Source: an uncultured Methanosarcinales archaeon | Lineage (GTDB): Archaea; Nanobdellota; Nanobdellia; Woesearchaeales; JABIAG01 | Length of the DNA: 64,000 bases | Assembly (NCBI GenBank): GCA_964544335.1 | Contig: CAZJAJ010000002.1 | Coordinates: 3,013 to 67,012, forward strand | Direction of reading: 5' to 3' | Shown: positions 1 through 10,610 of the stretch, piece after piece | Layout of the letters: the number at the start of each line of letters is the position of its first letter | How positions within the stretch are numbered: position 1 is the stretch's first letter | Position numbers and translations under genes: made by a program | Notes under the pieces: generated by a model | The model's input: the letters and a program-made list of their open reading frames with translations, nothing else | Databases searched by the model: none | Told to the model about the DNA's origin: nothing

Positions 1-355
1 CTTTTTCATCACCCATGTCTCTGGTGCAAGCATAATACGTAGCAAGAGCATCAAGACAACATCCCACATCAATTACTGTCATGGAAGCATTTTTTGGATC
101 ACAAGAACCCGGCCAAAAAATATGTCCTGGGCCATTTTTATTTGGTTTTACCTCAGAAAGCACAAGATCAACCAGTTCTTTTGCTCTATTTAGAAAAAGA
201 TTCTCTTTTGTTTTTTCAAAGAGCACGCAGTTAATAATTATTCCATATGATAGTCGTCCAGTATGTAATACTCGGTGTTTTTCACACCTCTTTCGCTTAT
301 CAACCTGGGCAAAGTATTCTGAGACTCCCTTGAGAAATTCAACTGTTGTTTTCAT
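1..355 (-). CDS. Partial hypothetical protein (3' end outside window), next gene of the glycosylation operon
   Basis: Manual translation from ATG at 355: MKTTVEFLKGVSEYFAQVDKRKRCEKHRVLHTGRLSYGIIINCVLFEKTKE..., open to the window edge; overlaps the end of the upstream GT4 gene; absent from ORF track. Confidence 0.7.
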   Translation of the reverse strand, partial: MKTTVEFLKGVSEYFAQVDKRKRCEKHRVLHTGRLSYGIIINCVLFEKTKENLFLNRAKELVDLVLSEVKPNKNGPGHIFWPGSCDPKNASMTVIDVGCCLDALATYYACTRDMGDEK

Positions 356-1418
356 CTGTATTCACACAACCTTTCCAAAAAGAAATAATCTTCTTCACAT
401 TTCTACTACTATCAAATCTACTCACATAATCCTTTCTTGCTTCTTTTCCAAGAGAATTTGCAAAAGAGACAACACTGATCTTCTCTAAACAATTGATATA
501 GCCGTCCATGTCTCCAACCTCAAACAATAGTCCAGTTTTCTTATCCTCAATAATTTCTCTTGCGCCAGATGTTTTTGATGCAACAGCAGGTCTTCCTGCA
601 AAACCTCCTTCAATAATGGTTTTACCCAGACTTTCATTAGTCGAACAAAGAAGAAGCGCATGTGCATGCTCCATAAAAGCAGGAAGCGATTCATATTGTT
701 TTTGTCCAAGAAAATGAACGTGTTCGTGTCTACCAAAAGACCCCATGAGCGAACCCTCTCCTATAATAGCAAGATGAAATGAAGGATGCTTTTTTCTAAA
801 AGAAGTAAATCCTTTAATCATAAAATCAATATTTTTTACTTTCTCAAGTCTACCAACAAAGAGAAAGTATGGTTCTGAAATTCCAGGGTGTCCTGATTTT
901 TTCAAAAATAATTCAAAATGTGAAGGTGTTGGAATAACTTCTACTTTTTTCCCTGTCAATGCCACAACCTTTGTTTGTACTTTTGATGAAACCGTCCTTA
1001 TCCCACTCGCCCGTTTAAGGACAAATGAATTCACAACAGAAAGAAAAGAGTTCATGAAATATTCCTCTTTCCACTCTTTACTAAAAAAATCGCCATGGAT
1101 GTTAACACCAAGAGCACACTTTTGTATACGTGAAAGAATATATCCTAAAAAACCAGTAAGTGAAGGATCCTGACACACGATCAAATCTTTATGTTTTGCA
1201 AGAGAAAGTCCCTTCCACAGTCCAAATAAAGGCCATAGTATCTTTAGGCCACCTGTAGGAATGATACGTAGATTACCTTGGCTTCTTTCCTTACCACTAC
1301 CATATACCAGTACGGTAAGTGATGTAACGCCTTGTGCATATGCAAGATGTCGTTCATAAGAATCACCTTGCTTTTGTTCAAGTAATTGTTTGTCAAGACT
1401 AATCATGAGTACATTCAT
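339..1418 (-). CDS. Glycosyltransferase family 4 (GT-B)
   Basis: FLFVGRLEKVKN, IIGEG and E-x7-E motif (ESLGKTIIE). Confidence 0.9.
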   Translation of the reverse strand: MNVLMISLDKQLLEQKQGDSYERHLAYAQGVTSLTVLVYGSGKERSQGNLRIIPTGGLKILWPLFGLWKGLSLAKHKDLIVCQDPSLTGFLGYILSRIQKCALGVNIHGDFFSKEWKEEYFMNSFLSVVNSFVLKRASGIRTVSSKVQTKVVALTGKKVEVIPTPSHFELFLKKSGHPGISEPYFLFVGRLEKVKNIDFMIKGFTSFRKKHPSFHLAIIGEGSLMGSFGRHEHVHFLGQKQYESLPAFMEHAHALLLCSTNESLGKTIIEGGFAGRPAVASKTSGAREIIEDKKTGLLFEVGDMDGYINCLEKISVVSFANSLGKEARKDYVSRFDSSRNVKKIISFWKGCVNTDENNS

Positions 1419-3589
1419 GCAAATACCTCACATAGATGATCAAGCATAACAGTTTGATCAAACTGTTTCATAGTAAAATCATGATGTTTCATCTTCTCAA
1501 TGCCCTTAACGATGCTCTTCTTATTATTATAGGTAAATAATGTTCCTGTCTTTCCAGGGATAACAATCTCAGGAGTTCCTCCTGCTTTTGAAGCAGCAAC
1601 AGGACAATCTAAATACAACGCTTCAATAACTACGTGGGGTAAACCCTCATAACTTGAGTTAAGTAAAAACCCATCACATGCTTTCATATATCTATACACA
1701 CTATCTTTTGGAAGTCGTCCAAGAAGAGTTATGTTATCAAATCCCTTTGCCTTCTCTTTCATTTCATCAAACAAAGGACCATCTCCAATTACAATAAGAT
1801 GCTCTTTCCTCTCTGAAAACACATCGATGAGTGTATCAATACCTTTCCATGGTGTAATACGTGCAACAGTCAAATAGGTCTTCCCATCAATTCCAAATTC
1901 TTTTCTAAGCTCTTCTTTAGATTCATTTATTTCAGGTCGTTTTACTGCATTGTATACAACAACACTTTTTTCCTTCTTAACGCCCCAACCAAGAACAATG
2001 CCTTGTAAGTATTTACTTGGTGTAATGACTGTATCAAATCGTTTAGCACTCCAATGTTCAATCATTTTCATAACATTAATCTTAAATGAATATGTTTTCT
2101 TCTGAAAGTCATCAATGCTATCTCTTACTCCAAGAACATCTTGGGATATCTCCCATACATTATCTCCAACGACTTTCAATATTTTTTTTGCCTTTCCCCA
2201 TGAAAGAGCAACACCAAAGCCAACACTAAATGGTGTCTGTGCATACACAATGTCGTAATTACCTCTTTCAATAAATCGCTTTATTGCAAGGCTTCGTGCA
2301 AAAAATCCCTTTGTTCTTGGAATATATGAAACCAGATCAGTATGTGGCATCTCTCCTAATGTAAGTATATGAACATCATACCCTCGTAAAGGTAATTCCT
2401 TTTCAAGCATCTTAACGTAAGTCGCAGGACCACCAATGGCAGGTGGATAAATGCCAGTTACAAGGAGAATCTTCTTTCGTGCAACTTGTTCAATTACCGT
2501 TTTAACCTGAGGTGCAATAACATCCCAGGAGTAGGTTTGAGCAAGAGCAAGTCCATTTTTCTTGATAGATTCATATAAAATATTATCATCCATCAAACGA
2601 ACAACTGTAGAAGCAATACGCTCTCCACTTGTCTCAGTAAATAGGCCAGTACGTCCATCTGTTAAAAAATCAGGAATACCCCCTACACGAGTACCAATGA
2701 TAGGAACACCACATGCCATTGCTTCAATAAAACTATTCCCAAAACTTTCTGTATGAGAAGCACGAACAAACACATCTGCCAGTGATAAATATGAAGGAAG
2801 GTTTTTATAATCAATATTTCCTGTAAAAATAATTCTTTTATCCTCTTTTGCAATTCCTTTAAGGGCACCTGCAAGTTCTCCATCACCCACAATAAGTAGG
2901 CGATACTCATCACCAAGATGCTTCATAGCATCAATTAAACCTTCGATATTATTCTTATAAGATAGTCGAGATGTGGTAATAATTACCTTGTGTTCTTTTA
3001 AAATACCTAATTTTTTTGCAAGCTGCTCATCATATGCTTCTTCAATAAATAAAGATGTATCAACACCATTAGGGATGAGCACAGGATCTCTAACACCAAA
3101 TTCCTTTGCCCGTTGCATAAGAGAACTTCCAATAACTGTCACCTGAGAGAATTCTGTATACAATCGTTTATACAACCACCAAAAACCAGTTGGTACTTGC
3201 TTTTTTACATGTTCAATACTCATCCCATTTTGTAAATTAAGAATGGATGGAACACGTCTTCGTGTCAATCTATTAAAGATCATTGCAGCAAGACCTGCTT
3301 GATTTGCCATGAGAACATAAGAAATATCAAAACCAATCTTCTTATGCAATTTTTTTGCAAATAACGAACCATGTAAAATAAAATGAAGTTTATCTTTTTC
3401 ATTTCCTTTTCCAACACGATGAACATGCACACCATTTATCACTTCACTTAATGCAACATTCTCATTGTGCCGTCCAGTAACCACATGAATTTCATGCTCA
3501 TCTGCAAGTCGTTCAAACACTTGCTGACATGCAACCTCAGCACCACCTACAAAAGGTGCATAAAATGAAGCAAATACGAGAATCTTCAT
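1415..3589 (-). CDS. Double (fused) glycosyltransferase family 4 protein
   Basis: Two complete GT4 units: MKIL...GGAE...SRLSYKN...ESFGNSFIEAMACGVP and KILLVTGIYPPAIGGPA...ARITPWKG...EGLPHVVIEA. Confidence 0.9.
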   Translation of the reverse strand: MKILVFASFYAPFVGGAEVACQQVFERLADEHEIHVVTGRHNENVALSEVINGVHVHRVGKGNEKDKLHFILHGSLFAKKLHKKIGFDISYVLMANQAGLAAMIFNRLTRRRVPSILNLQNGMSIEHVKKQVPTGFWWLYKRLYTEFSQVTVIGSSLMQRAKEFGVRDPVLIPNGVDTSLFIEEAYDEQLAKKLGILKEHKVIITTSRLSYKNNIEGLIDAMKHLGDEYRLLIVGDGELAGALKGIAKEDKRIIFTGNIDYKNLPSYLSLADVFVRASHTESFGNSFIEAMACGVPIIGTRVGGIPDFLTDGRTGLFTETSGERIASTVVRLMDDNILYESIKKNGLALAQTYSWDVIAPQVKTVIEQVARKKILLVTGIYPPAIGGPATYVKMLEKELPLRGYDVHILTLGEMPHTDLVSYIPRTKGFFARSLAIKRFIERGNYDIVYAQTPFSVGFGVALSWGKAKKILKVVGDNVWEISQDVLGVRDSIDDFQKKTYSFKINVMKMIEHWSAKRFDTVITPSKYLQGIVLGWGVKKEKSVVVYNAVKRPEINESKEELRKEFGIDGKTYLTVARITPWKGIDTLIDVFSERKEHLIVIGDGPLFDEMKEKAKGFDNITLLGRLPKDSVYRYMKACDGFLLNSSYEGLPHVVIEALYLDCPVAASKAGGTPEIVIPGKTGTLFTYNNKKSIVKGIEKMKHHDFTMKQFDQTVMLDHLCEVFA

Positions 3590-4686
3590 TGCACTACCTC
3601 ACGTAATTCCTTCTCAATCATAGGATAATTCTTTTTCCAGTCAAGCTCCTTTTCTGCAAATACTCTTGCAGCAACACCCATTTTTTCTCTTACTGAATCA
3701 TTAGCAATGAGTAATTGAAGTTGCTTTGTAAATTCTTCAATATCAAAACAGGAAATGACGCACCCACAATGTGCAGGAATGGTTTCAGGAACATCTCCCA
3801 CAGCAAATGCAACGGATGGAACTCCGTATGCACTTGCCTCCATAACAACTCGTGGAGATCCTTCAGCAAAGCTAGGCAAAACTAATACAGATGATTCGGC
3901 CAGTAATTCTTGAGCACTAAAATATGGTTGTTTTCCTTTCACGACCACTTGTGTATGCCTCGTAGCAAGATCTTTTACATATGGCAACATGGGACCATCA
4001 CCAACAATCATAAACTCCCAGTCAGTTGGGATCACTTTAAGAATCTGTTCAAATAACTTCACACCCTTGTTCTCAATAAGTCGTCCAATAAAGATTACGC
4101 GTTTCTTTTTTTTAGAGGTAACAGAAAAATCACCAATATGTAATGAATTTTTCACATATGTCATCTTTTTCTTAGAAACACCATATCTCTGATTGATCAG
4201 TGATAGAACACCCTTTGCATTTGAAATAATATGGTCCACCTGAGTAAACATCCGTTTACCTACTGTTTTATCATATACTTTCTTTGCCATGCGAACAAGA
4301 AAAGAAACTTGAGACAAAACTGAATCTTCAAGACTTCCTCTATAGAAATGAATAATTGGCTTATTGAATCTCCCTTTTGTTCTACATTTCACAATCTGGG
4401 AGTTCATAACATACATGTAACTAAACAAGCACACACAGTCACACCATTCAACATGTGACTTAACCTTTTTCCATATATTCCAAACAACAGGACTTCTTCC
4501 AAGAATTCGAAAAGCATACGGGATAGGATATACATCAAGTCCCTTTTTTTCTATATTGCCATCATCAGCAACAAGAACGCGAACCTCATGTCCATGTGAT
4601 TCAAATTCCGTGCACAGTGCATGACATGATTGCGCAAGCCCTGCTGAAAAAGGAAACCAGTCAGGACAAACCATCAGTATCTTCAT
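3586..4686 (-). CDS. Glycosyltransferase family 4
   Basis: FIGRLIENKG, VGDGP, PSFAEGSPRVVMEASAYGVP. Confidence 0.9.
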   Translation of the reverse strand: MKILMVCPDWFPFSAGLAQSCHALCTEFESHGHEVRVLVADDGNIEKKGLDVYPIPYAFRILGRSPVVWNIWKKVKSHVEWCDCVCLFSYMYVMNSQIVKCRTKGRFNKPIIHFYRGSLEDSVLSQVSFLVRMAKKVYDKTVGKRMFTQVDHIISNAKGVLSLINQRYGVSKKKMTYVKNSLHIGDFSVTSKKKKRVIFIGRLIENKGVKLFEQILKVIPTDWEFMIVGDGPMLPYVKDLATRHTQVVVKGKQPYFSAQELLAESSVLVLPSFAEGSPRVVMEASAYGVPSVAFAVGDVPETIPAHCGCVISCFDIEEFTKQLQLLIANDSVREKMGVAARVFAEKELDWKKNYPMIEKELREVVQ

Positions 4687-5009
4687 TTCTTAATCTTCCT
4701 CTCAATACTATCAAGGCGATCAATAATCTCTTTCATGTATGGATTACGCTTGCCCATTACCTTCTGTTCTTCACTATGAAAACCAAGTTTATAATCAAGG
4801 TACCCCACAATGATCATTCCCAGAACACCAAAGATGTAGATGGGAAAAAACCATTTTTCAAGAACGATATCATATCCATAATCTTCAAGACGTGAAAGAA
4901 GTAAAAACAAAATCATTCCTGAATTAAGTATGGAAATATACGACATAGATCGTTTAATAAAAATCTTCTTTTCAGTAATTTCTTTTCTAATAAAACCAAA
5001 CCATTTCAT
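4683..5009 (-). CDS. Small membrane protein (2 TM), hypothetical
   Basis: ATG at 5009 overlaps the upstream stop (ATGA coupling); two hydrophobic segments and a coiled-coil-like C-terminus. Confidence 0.65.
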   Translation of the reverse strand: MKWFGFIRKEITEKKIFIKRSMSYISILNSGMILFLLLSRLEDYGYDIVLEKWFFPIYIFGVLGMIIVGYLDYKLGFHSEEQKVMGKRNPYMKEIIDRLDSIERKIKK

Positions 5010-5680
5010 ATGCCAAGCCTCCACTTTAACATGTGCCAACAAATACGAAACCCATCGCTAACACTCGTGCCTTTGTAGGCATCAAGATAAATTGTTTTAA
5101 TTGGAATTTGTTTGTACGTTAATTTGTGCTTTGCTGCATGAGCAATCATCTCTGTTTCCATTTCATAGCGTGTTGCATGCCATCGTACTTTTTTATACGC
5201 ATCAGCACTCATAGCACGAAAACCACCTTGCGTATCTTTTATCTGAGATCCAAAAAGAATACGCGCATAGAGTGTTAAAAACCAATTACCAAATTTATAC
5301 AAGAAAGGCATATTATCTCTTTGTACTCGAAACCCATATACTATATCAACGCCTTTTAGTGCCTTAACAAAACGAGGAATATTTCTTGGGTCGTGTTGTC
5401 CATCACTATCCATTAAAATGAGTTGCTTTGCACCCTTTTTAATGGCAAAGTCACAACCACTCCTTACAGCAGAACCTTTCCCCTTGTTGTTCTTATGCTG
5501 AAGTAATGTAGCTCCCTTAACACGCTTAACAATGGATGCAGTAGAATCTGTCGAACCATCATCTACAACAACAACATGTTTTGCAAAAGACAACACCTGT
5601 TCAAGCACAGGTTTAATTCTTGCTTCCTCGTTATATGCTGCCATGATGACCCAAACGTCATCATTGCGTGATTGTTTCAT
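5006..5680 (-). CDS. Glycosyltransferase family 2, DPM1-like polyprenol-phosphate glycosyltransferase
   Basis: AAYNEE, VVDDGSTD, NKGKGSA, DSDGQH (DxD), DTQGGFR; start may be TTG 5689 or ATG 5680. Confidence 0.9.
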   Translation of the reverse strand: MKQSRNDDVWVIMAAYNEEARIKPVLEQVLSFAKHVVVVDDGSTDSTASIVKRVKGATLLQHKNNKGKGSAVRSGCDFAIKKGAKQLILMDSDGQHDPRNIPRFVKALKGVDIVYGFRVQRDNMPFLYKFGNWFLTLYARILFGSQIKDTQGGFRAMSADAYKKVRWHATRYEMETEMIAHAAKHKLTYKQIPIKTIYLDAYKGTSVSDGFRICWHMLKWRLGI

Positions 5681-8636
5681 TTCCGTCAATTACCTCGTCA
5701 TTTGCCCAAGGGCTTTCATATCCTGGAAAAGTAACTCTATATGTTTTGATAATATCTCCTCTAAAACTCTGTCTATTTCCAAGTTGTTCAAAGTGTTCAA
5801 GACCTCTTCCATTAAAGTAGTACATCTTAGTAAACATACTCTCAACAAGAAGGGTGTCTGCAAGAACAGCATATGTTCGTCCATTCTCAACATACACAAT
5901 AACGCCTATGTTAGTATTACTACTTCCTTCAGTTACTGCATATTCACCATTAAATAATCGAATAACTTTGTCTGGTTCAACAGTGCCACCTTGTGCAGAA
6001 ACCTTTGCACTAAAATCAACTGGATCAAGTTCAATATTTCCACACACAATATTTTGACCACCAATTGAACATTGCTGAGGATTTCCTCTATAGGATGGCC
6101 AAGGTGAAATCCATCGATCACCGCTTTCTGCAGCAACGATCTCACTGTATGTCTGTTGTGCATCTTCTGCACTCATATTAAATTCGGATTCAAGAAGAGC
6201 AACACCTTCTGTTTCTCTAAGATCTCTTACTGAACTAAACATTGCAGCCTTAGTAAAGTTCCAACTACCAAAGTGAGCCCATACTGTTGCCTTTCCAATC
6301 ATATCGTTGGACGCAATATAGTATTGAGGGATGATGTCATCACAGTGAGTATAGAGAAGAACCTCTTCTACTTCTGCATCACTAAGACCTGATTCAACAA
6401 GTCTTGTTCTTGCATCATCTTTCTCAAGCATAATTATCTCATTTAGAAGATCAATAACTAAGTCACCTCTTAAATCACCAGTAAACTCATCAAGCGAATT
6501 AAATGCTTCTTCTTGACCACAATTGAGCATACGTAAAATAGCAAGGCTTTCTTCCTCAGATTCAGTAAGCAAACTCTTACCTACCCAGTGGATTCTATTT
6601 CCCTGGTTACCACCATCAAACGTCACTCGTCGTTCAGCAATTGATACAAACCAATGACCAAAGTCCCACCAGGAGGTAATAATCCCATCACCTAGTGCTT
6701 CACTATCATCTTTAATTTCAATAAGACTATTGTACCATGCATCATTCATTGATGGAATTTCACTAAGACTTGTTTGCCAAGCACCTTCTACTTGAGAAGG
6801 AAGCACTACAGCAAGTACAAGTAAAGCAAGTGCAAATTTGAGTCCATGTTTGGTAAAGACGTGTAAATTTCCAGCATCAAAGTACATGACATACATTACA
6901 AGCCCAATCAATACAATTGCGGTTGCACCAATCGCAAGTCCAAAGATAAGGAATGCTTCAACAACAAGAGCAAGTCCTACAATAAGCAAAAGGCCAATTT
7001 TTAGTTCCTTATTACCATAAGAGTTCAAGCTAGTATACAAAAATCCAAGTGTTGCTGCAAGCCCAAATGCAAATGCAGGGACAAGAACTGCTGCAAACCG
7101 AATACTTGTTGCAGTAGCATAGGTAAGACCAATGATCCATGTATGAATTAACATGGCAGTCCACAGCTGTGAAGGCAAATTGTGTGTCCATGCCTTATAC
7201 AACAGTGCAACGCCAATAGGTAAACTAATGAGGACTGCATATGTCATCACACTAGTAATACTTCCTGAGTTTACTAGTTTAAGAATAAATGCAATCCACA
7301 CAACACCAACACCAAGAATAGTCCAATCTTTCTTATCCATTGCTTTTCTATAGAGTACTGCAAGCAGCGTTCCAAGTAATGCTAAAAAGTACAAGAAGTA
7401 ACTTCCCATTGATCGTATCGCTCTAGATATAGATGCACTATTGAGTTCTGCAACAGTTGTCTTTACATTAGGCCATACGGTGTCAATACCTACATCCTTG
7501 AGTTCAATAAAACCAATGGTCCCTTTAATAGGACTACTAAACACTTCTACAACAGTTGAAGCAACTGGTAAGTCTAAAGAGATTGCTCGAAAGACACCTG
7601 CAAGGATAAGACCAAATAATACAAAACCAACAAGCAACATAAACGTATGCTTTGCCATTTTGGTCATTCCTGCTTTTCCTGAACTTTTATATCCTGAAAT
7701 CAACTTCAATACAATAAATGCAAGAGTTGAAAATACGATGAAGACAAAGATGTAGAACCATCCACTCCATGCAACCCTCATCAGTCCAAGTGTGAAGATA
7801 CTAAGTCCAAGATACATCCAAGATTTCCATCCATCATGGTGCAAGGCCTCAATAAAGAACCACACAATAAACAATGGAAAAAAGACCGTAAAAGAGTCAG
7901 TATCTGAAAATCCTGCTGCAGTACGTCCAAGCAGTGCAGGATGTATACCAACAATGATTGCAGAAAGTAGACCTCCAAGATTATTACTTAATCGCCGTCC
8001 AATAAAGAAAGCAGGAATAGTTGCAAGACCCATCAAAATAACTGGGAGATAAAATGCAGCAGTAAGTGGACTGGTTCCCGGCTTGAAAATGTTCATCACT
8101 TTGTAAATTAATACTTCAACAGGACCCATAAGACCCTCTTTTGCAGAAAGACCAATTCGCCCATTTCTCAAATAATGCCAATCAACGCCATCATTATCTG
8201 CAGTACCATACTGTCCACCACTAATATAATTCTTAGAATATCCATACCATAGCCAAGGGTCAATTGCAAGTAAGTAAGTTTGACCAGAGTCATCTTTCAT
8301 ACGCGACTTGAAATATTCAGACGTCTGTTCAATCTGATCTTGCAGTTGTCCATCACTCTCAAGTACACCTGCAAGTTGTCTATTGACCTCTGCATTTACC
8401 TGTTCTTGAGGCAATGTGGGAAATTGAGTACGTATCTGCTGTGCAAGTTGATTCCTATAATTATCAACTACAGCATTTTCAGCCCAAGTATCAGTTGCAG
8501 GAAGGCTAACTGGTGTTAGACGAAAGAACGTACTCATCAAAATAGGAATCAAGATGAGCAGAATAGTGAATACAACCTTATGATATGGTTTAGTCTTATT
8601 ATAGACCTCTTTGACCTTGGCTTTCATGGTATCCAA
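5661..8636 (-). CDS. aglB: Oligosaccharyltransferase AglB (STT3 family)
   Basis: Multi-TM N-terminus with AIDPW, DTD and TVAE motifs; WWDFGH, DGG and DMIGK in the soluble domain. Confidence 0.95.
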   Translation of the reverse strand: MDTMKAKVKEVYNKTKPYHKVVFTILLILIPILMSTFFRLTPVSLPATDTWAENAVVDNYRNQLAQQIRTQFPTLPQEQVNAEVNRQLAGVLESDGQLQDQIEQTSEYFKSRMKDDSGQTYLLAIDPWLWYGYSKNYISGGQYGTADNDGVDWHYLRNGRIGLSAKEGLMGPVEVLIYKVMNIFKPGTSPLTAAFYLPVILMGLATIPAFFIGRRLSNNLGGLLSAIIVGIHPALLGRTAAGFSDTDSFTVFFPLFIVWFFIEALHHDGWKSWMYLGLSIFTLGLMRVAWSGWFYIFVFIVFSTLAFIVLKLISGYKSSGKAGMTKMAKHTFMLLVGFVLFGLILAGVFRAISLDLPVASTVVEVFSSPIKGTIGFIELKDVGIDTVWPNVKTTVAELNSASISRAIRSMGSYFLYFLALLGTLLAVLYRKAMDKKDWTILGVGVVWIAFILKLVNSGSITSVMTYAVLISLPIGVALLYKAWTHNLPSQLWTAMLIHTWIIGLTYATATSIRFAAVLVPAFAFGLAATLGFLYTSLNSYGNKELKIGLLLIVGLALVVEAFLIFGLAIGATAIVLIGLVMYVMYFDAGNLHVFTKHGLKFALALLVLAVVLPSQVEGAWQTSLSEIPSMNDAWYNSLIEIKDDSEALGDGIITSWWDFGHWFVSIAERRVTFDGGNQGNRIHWVGKSLLTESEEESLAILRMLNCGQEEAFNSLDEFTGDLRGDLVIDLLNEIIMLEKDDARTRLVESGLSDAEVEEVLLYTHCDDIIPQYYIASNDMIGKATVWAHFGSWNFTKAAMFSSVRDLRETEGVALLESEFNMSAEDAQQTYSEIVAAESGDRWISPWPSYRGNPQQCSIGGQNIVCGNIELDPVDFSAKVSAQGGTVEPDKVIRLFNGEYAVTEGSSNTNIGVIVYVENGRTYAVLADTLLVESMFTKMYYFNGRGLEHFEQLGNRQSFRGDIIKTYRVTFPGYESPWANDEVIDGNETITQ

Positions 8637-8807
8637 AGAGCACCGGTAGTTTTAAAAGGTTTATGAAAATAGTGACGTAGAATACTATCTATAGTTCCAA
8701 GAAATCTTTATAAGCGCTCATTTGTATCTACCCTATGGTAATACTGGGGGAATACCATGAATAAGAATATTCAAAGATGAAAATACATATTCAGGGGTAA
8801 AGAAAAA

Positions 8808-10610
8808 ATGGGTTTTAAAGAAATATTAAAAGAAGGTACTAAATATGTTGGATCAGCAATTGCTGGTGCAGCTATGCTTGCAGGAATACAATTCTACAAT
8901 GGCAATTATGCACAACAAAAAACAGCATCACCTTCTGCAGAGTATACCATGCTCGCAAAAGAAATTAATTCAATTAAAGATCAACTAGCTGCAGAAGCAG
9001 GAATTATTCGTATAGACGATCTACAATCCCAATCTGCACCAATTTACCAAACACCATCTCAACCAGAAGCAGCAAATGAAGATGTTTCTCCAGAATTACA
9101 AGCAGCACGTAAAGCAAATGAAACGCTACAGCAAAAGCTAGACAATGAAAGAGCAATTACTGGTATGCTAAGAGAGGCTTATACATCATTTAGAAGCGAA
9201 TACAACGCTCCCCAAACATTTGATTTACCTAATCAACTAACCCTTGGTGGAGGAGCATATACCCCAGCTCCACAAGAATATGCAAAAGAACAAGTAGCTA
9301 AAGAAACAAACACCCCTCAAGACAACTATGCTACTACAACAACAGAAACAGAAGCATCTACACAAGAAGCTCCAAAAGAAGCTACAGAAGGTGTAGAAGC
9401 ACAGCAAGCACTTGCAATTGCAAGACAAACTGTTGCAAATAATCAAAACGATCTTGAAGCAAAAGTAACATCACAAAATACTCTTGAACGAGCTCAAATT
9501 CCTGCTGAAGGACTAAACCTAGAAGATGCAAGAGCATATGCAAAGCAAACAGGATATGATCCTGCAGCAGTAATTGCAGCAAAAAAAGCAGAAGCAGCAA
9601 AAGCAGGAAAAGAAGAACCAACACCAGAAGCACCTGCTCCAAAACCATATGGTCTTTCTGAAAAAGAAGCACTAAAGTATGCTAAACAACGAGTAAAAGA
9701 ATTAAACAATGTTGAAGGCAACACTATTGCATCATATAATGGCGATCTTACCTACGAAGACGTACAAAAGCCATACAATCTTACTGCAGCAGAAGCAACA
9801 GAACTTGGTCAAGAACAACACGTAGTTGATTCTTATGAACGGGTAACCAAAAAAACCGTTAATGAAGCAAGAAAAGCTGCAAAACAACGAGCAAAAGCTG
9901 CTTCAAAAGCAAGCTCAAGTAGTAAAGGTAGTAACAACGGATCTTCAAACACATCTTCATCAAATGGATCAAGTGATTCATCAAACCTTGAAGACATCGT
10001 TGAATTCAGCATGGGACAAGATGACTTTAATGTAGATGTAAAAAGTCAAGACTATCACGTACTACTCACTGAAATGGGAATTAGCCATGATCAGGCAACC
10101 ATGCTCTTTGCACTTGCACTAAATAATTCTACCACAAAGCTTGGTGAAGTGTACCAAGTAAACCTTCAAACAAACGAAGATAGCAAACATACAAATGTAA
10201 TCGAAAAAGGACTCGTCTACAGAGCAAATAGTAGTCTTGATCACGCTGATTACGAAGTTGTTGCAGGAGAATTTAGCAGACTCATAAGAGATATGGGTGT
10301 TTCTGGAACCGTTGTTGAAACAAATGGTCAAGAATTTGCAAAACTAGTTGAGGATTATATTACTAGTGATCCAGAACTTGCAGCAAACCTAGAACAACAG
10401 TTCAAAGAAAATGGAGTGCATGCGGAAGACATTAGACAAAGATTCCATGAACTTGCAGTTGCATTCTCAAGAGTAAGTGAATATAATCTTAATAGAGTAA
10501 CAAAAACCATTTGGTCATTAGAAGAGGGAATCCTTACCAATAACCAATATAGCGTAATGTTTGGTACAGAAAAACAACTAGATCAATTTTTTAGAGGTGC
10601 AAGACAATGA
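8808..10610 (+). CDS. Hypothetical secreted/membrane-anchored protein with Ala/Glu/Lys-rich coiled segments and a Ser-rich linker
   Basis: 600-aa ORF, N-terminal hydrophobic stretch, GGGGT RBS-like sequence upstream. Confidence 0.75.
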   Translation: MGFKEILKEGTKYVGSAIAGAAMLAGIQFYNGNYAQQKTASPSAEYTMLAKEINSIKDQLAAEAGIIRIDDLQSQSAPIYQTPSQPEAANEDVSPELQAARKANETLQQKLDNERAITGMLREAYTSFRSEYNAPQTFDLPNQLTLGGGAYTPAPQEYAKEQVAKETNTPQDNYATTTTETEASTQEAPKEATEGVEAQQALAIARQTVANNQNDLEAKVTSQNTLERAQIPAEGLNLEDARAYAKQTGYDPAAVIAAKKAEAAKAGKEEPTPEAPAPKPYGLSEKEALKYAKQRVKELNNVEGNTIASYNGDLTYEDVQKPYNLTAAEATELGQEQHVVDSYERVTKKTVNEARKAAKQRAKAASKASSSSKGSNNGSSNTSSSNGSSDSSNLEDIVEFSMGQDDFNVDVKSQDYHVLLTEMGISHDQATMLFALALNNSTTKLGEVYQVNLQTNEDSKHTNVIEKGLVYRANSSLDHADYEVVAGEFSRLIRDMGVSGTVVETNGQEFAKLVEDYITSDPELAANLEQQFKENGVHAEDIRQRFHELAVAFSRVSEYNLNRVTKTIWSLEEGILTNNQYSVMFGTEKQLDQFFRGARQ

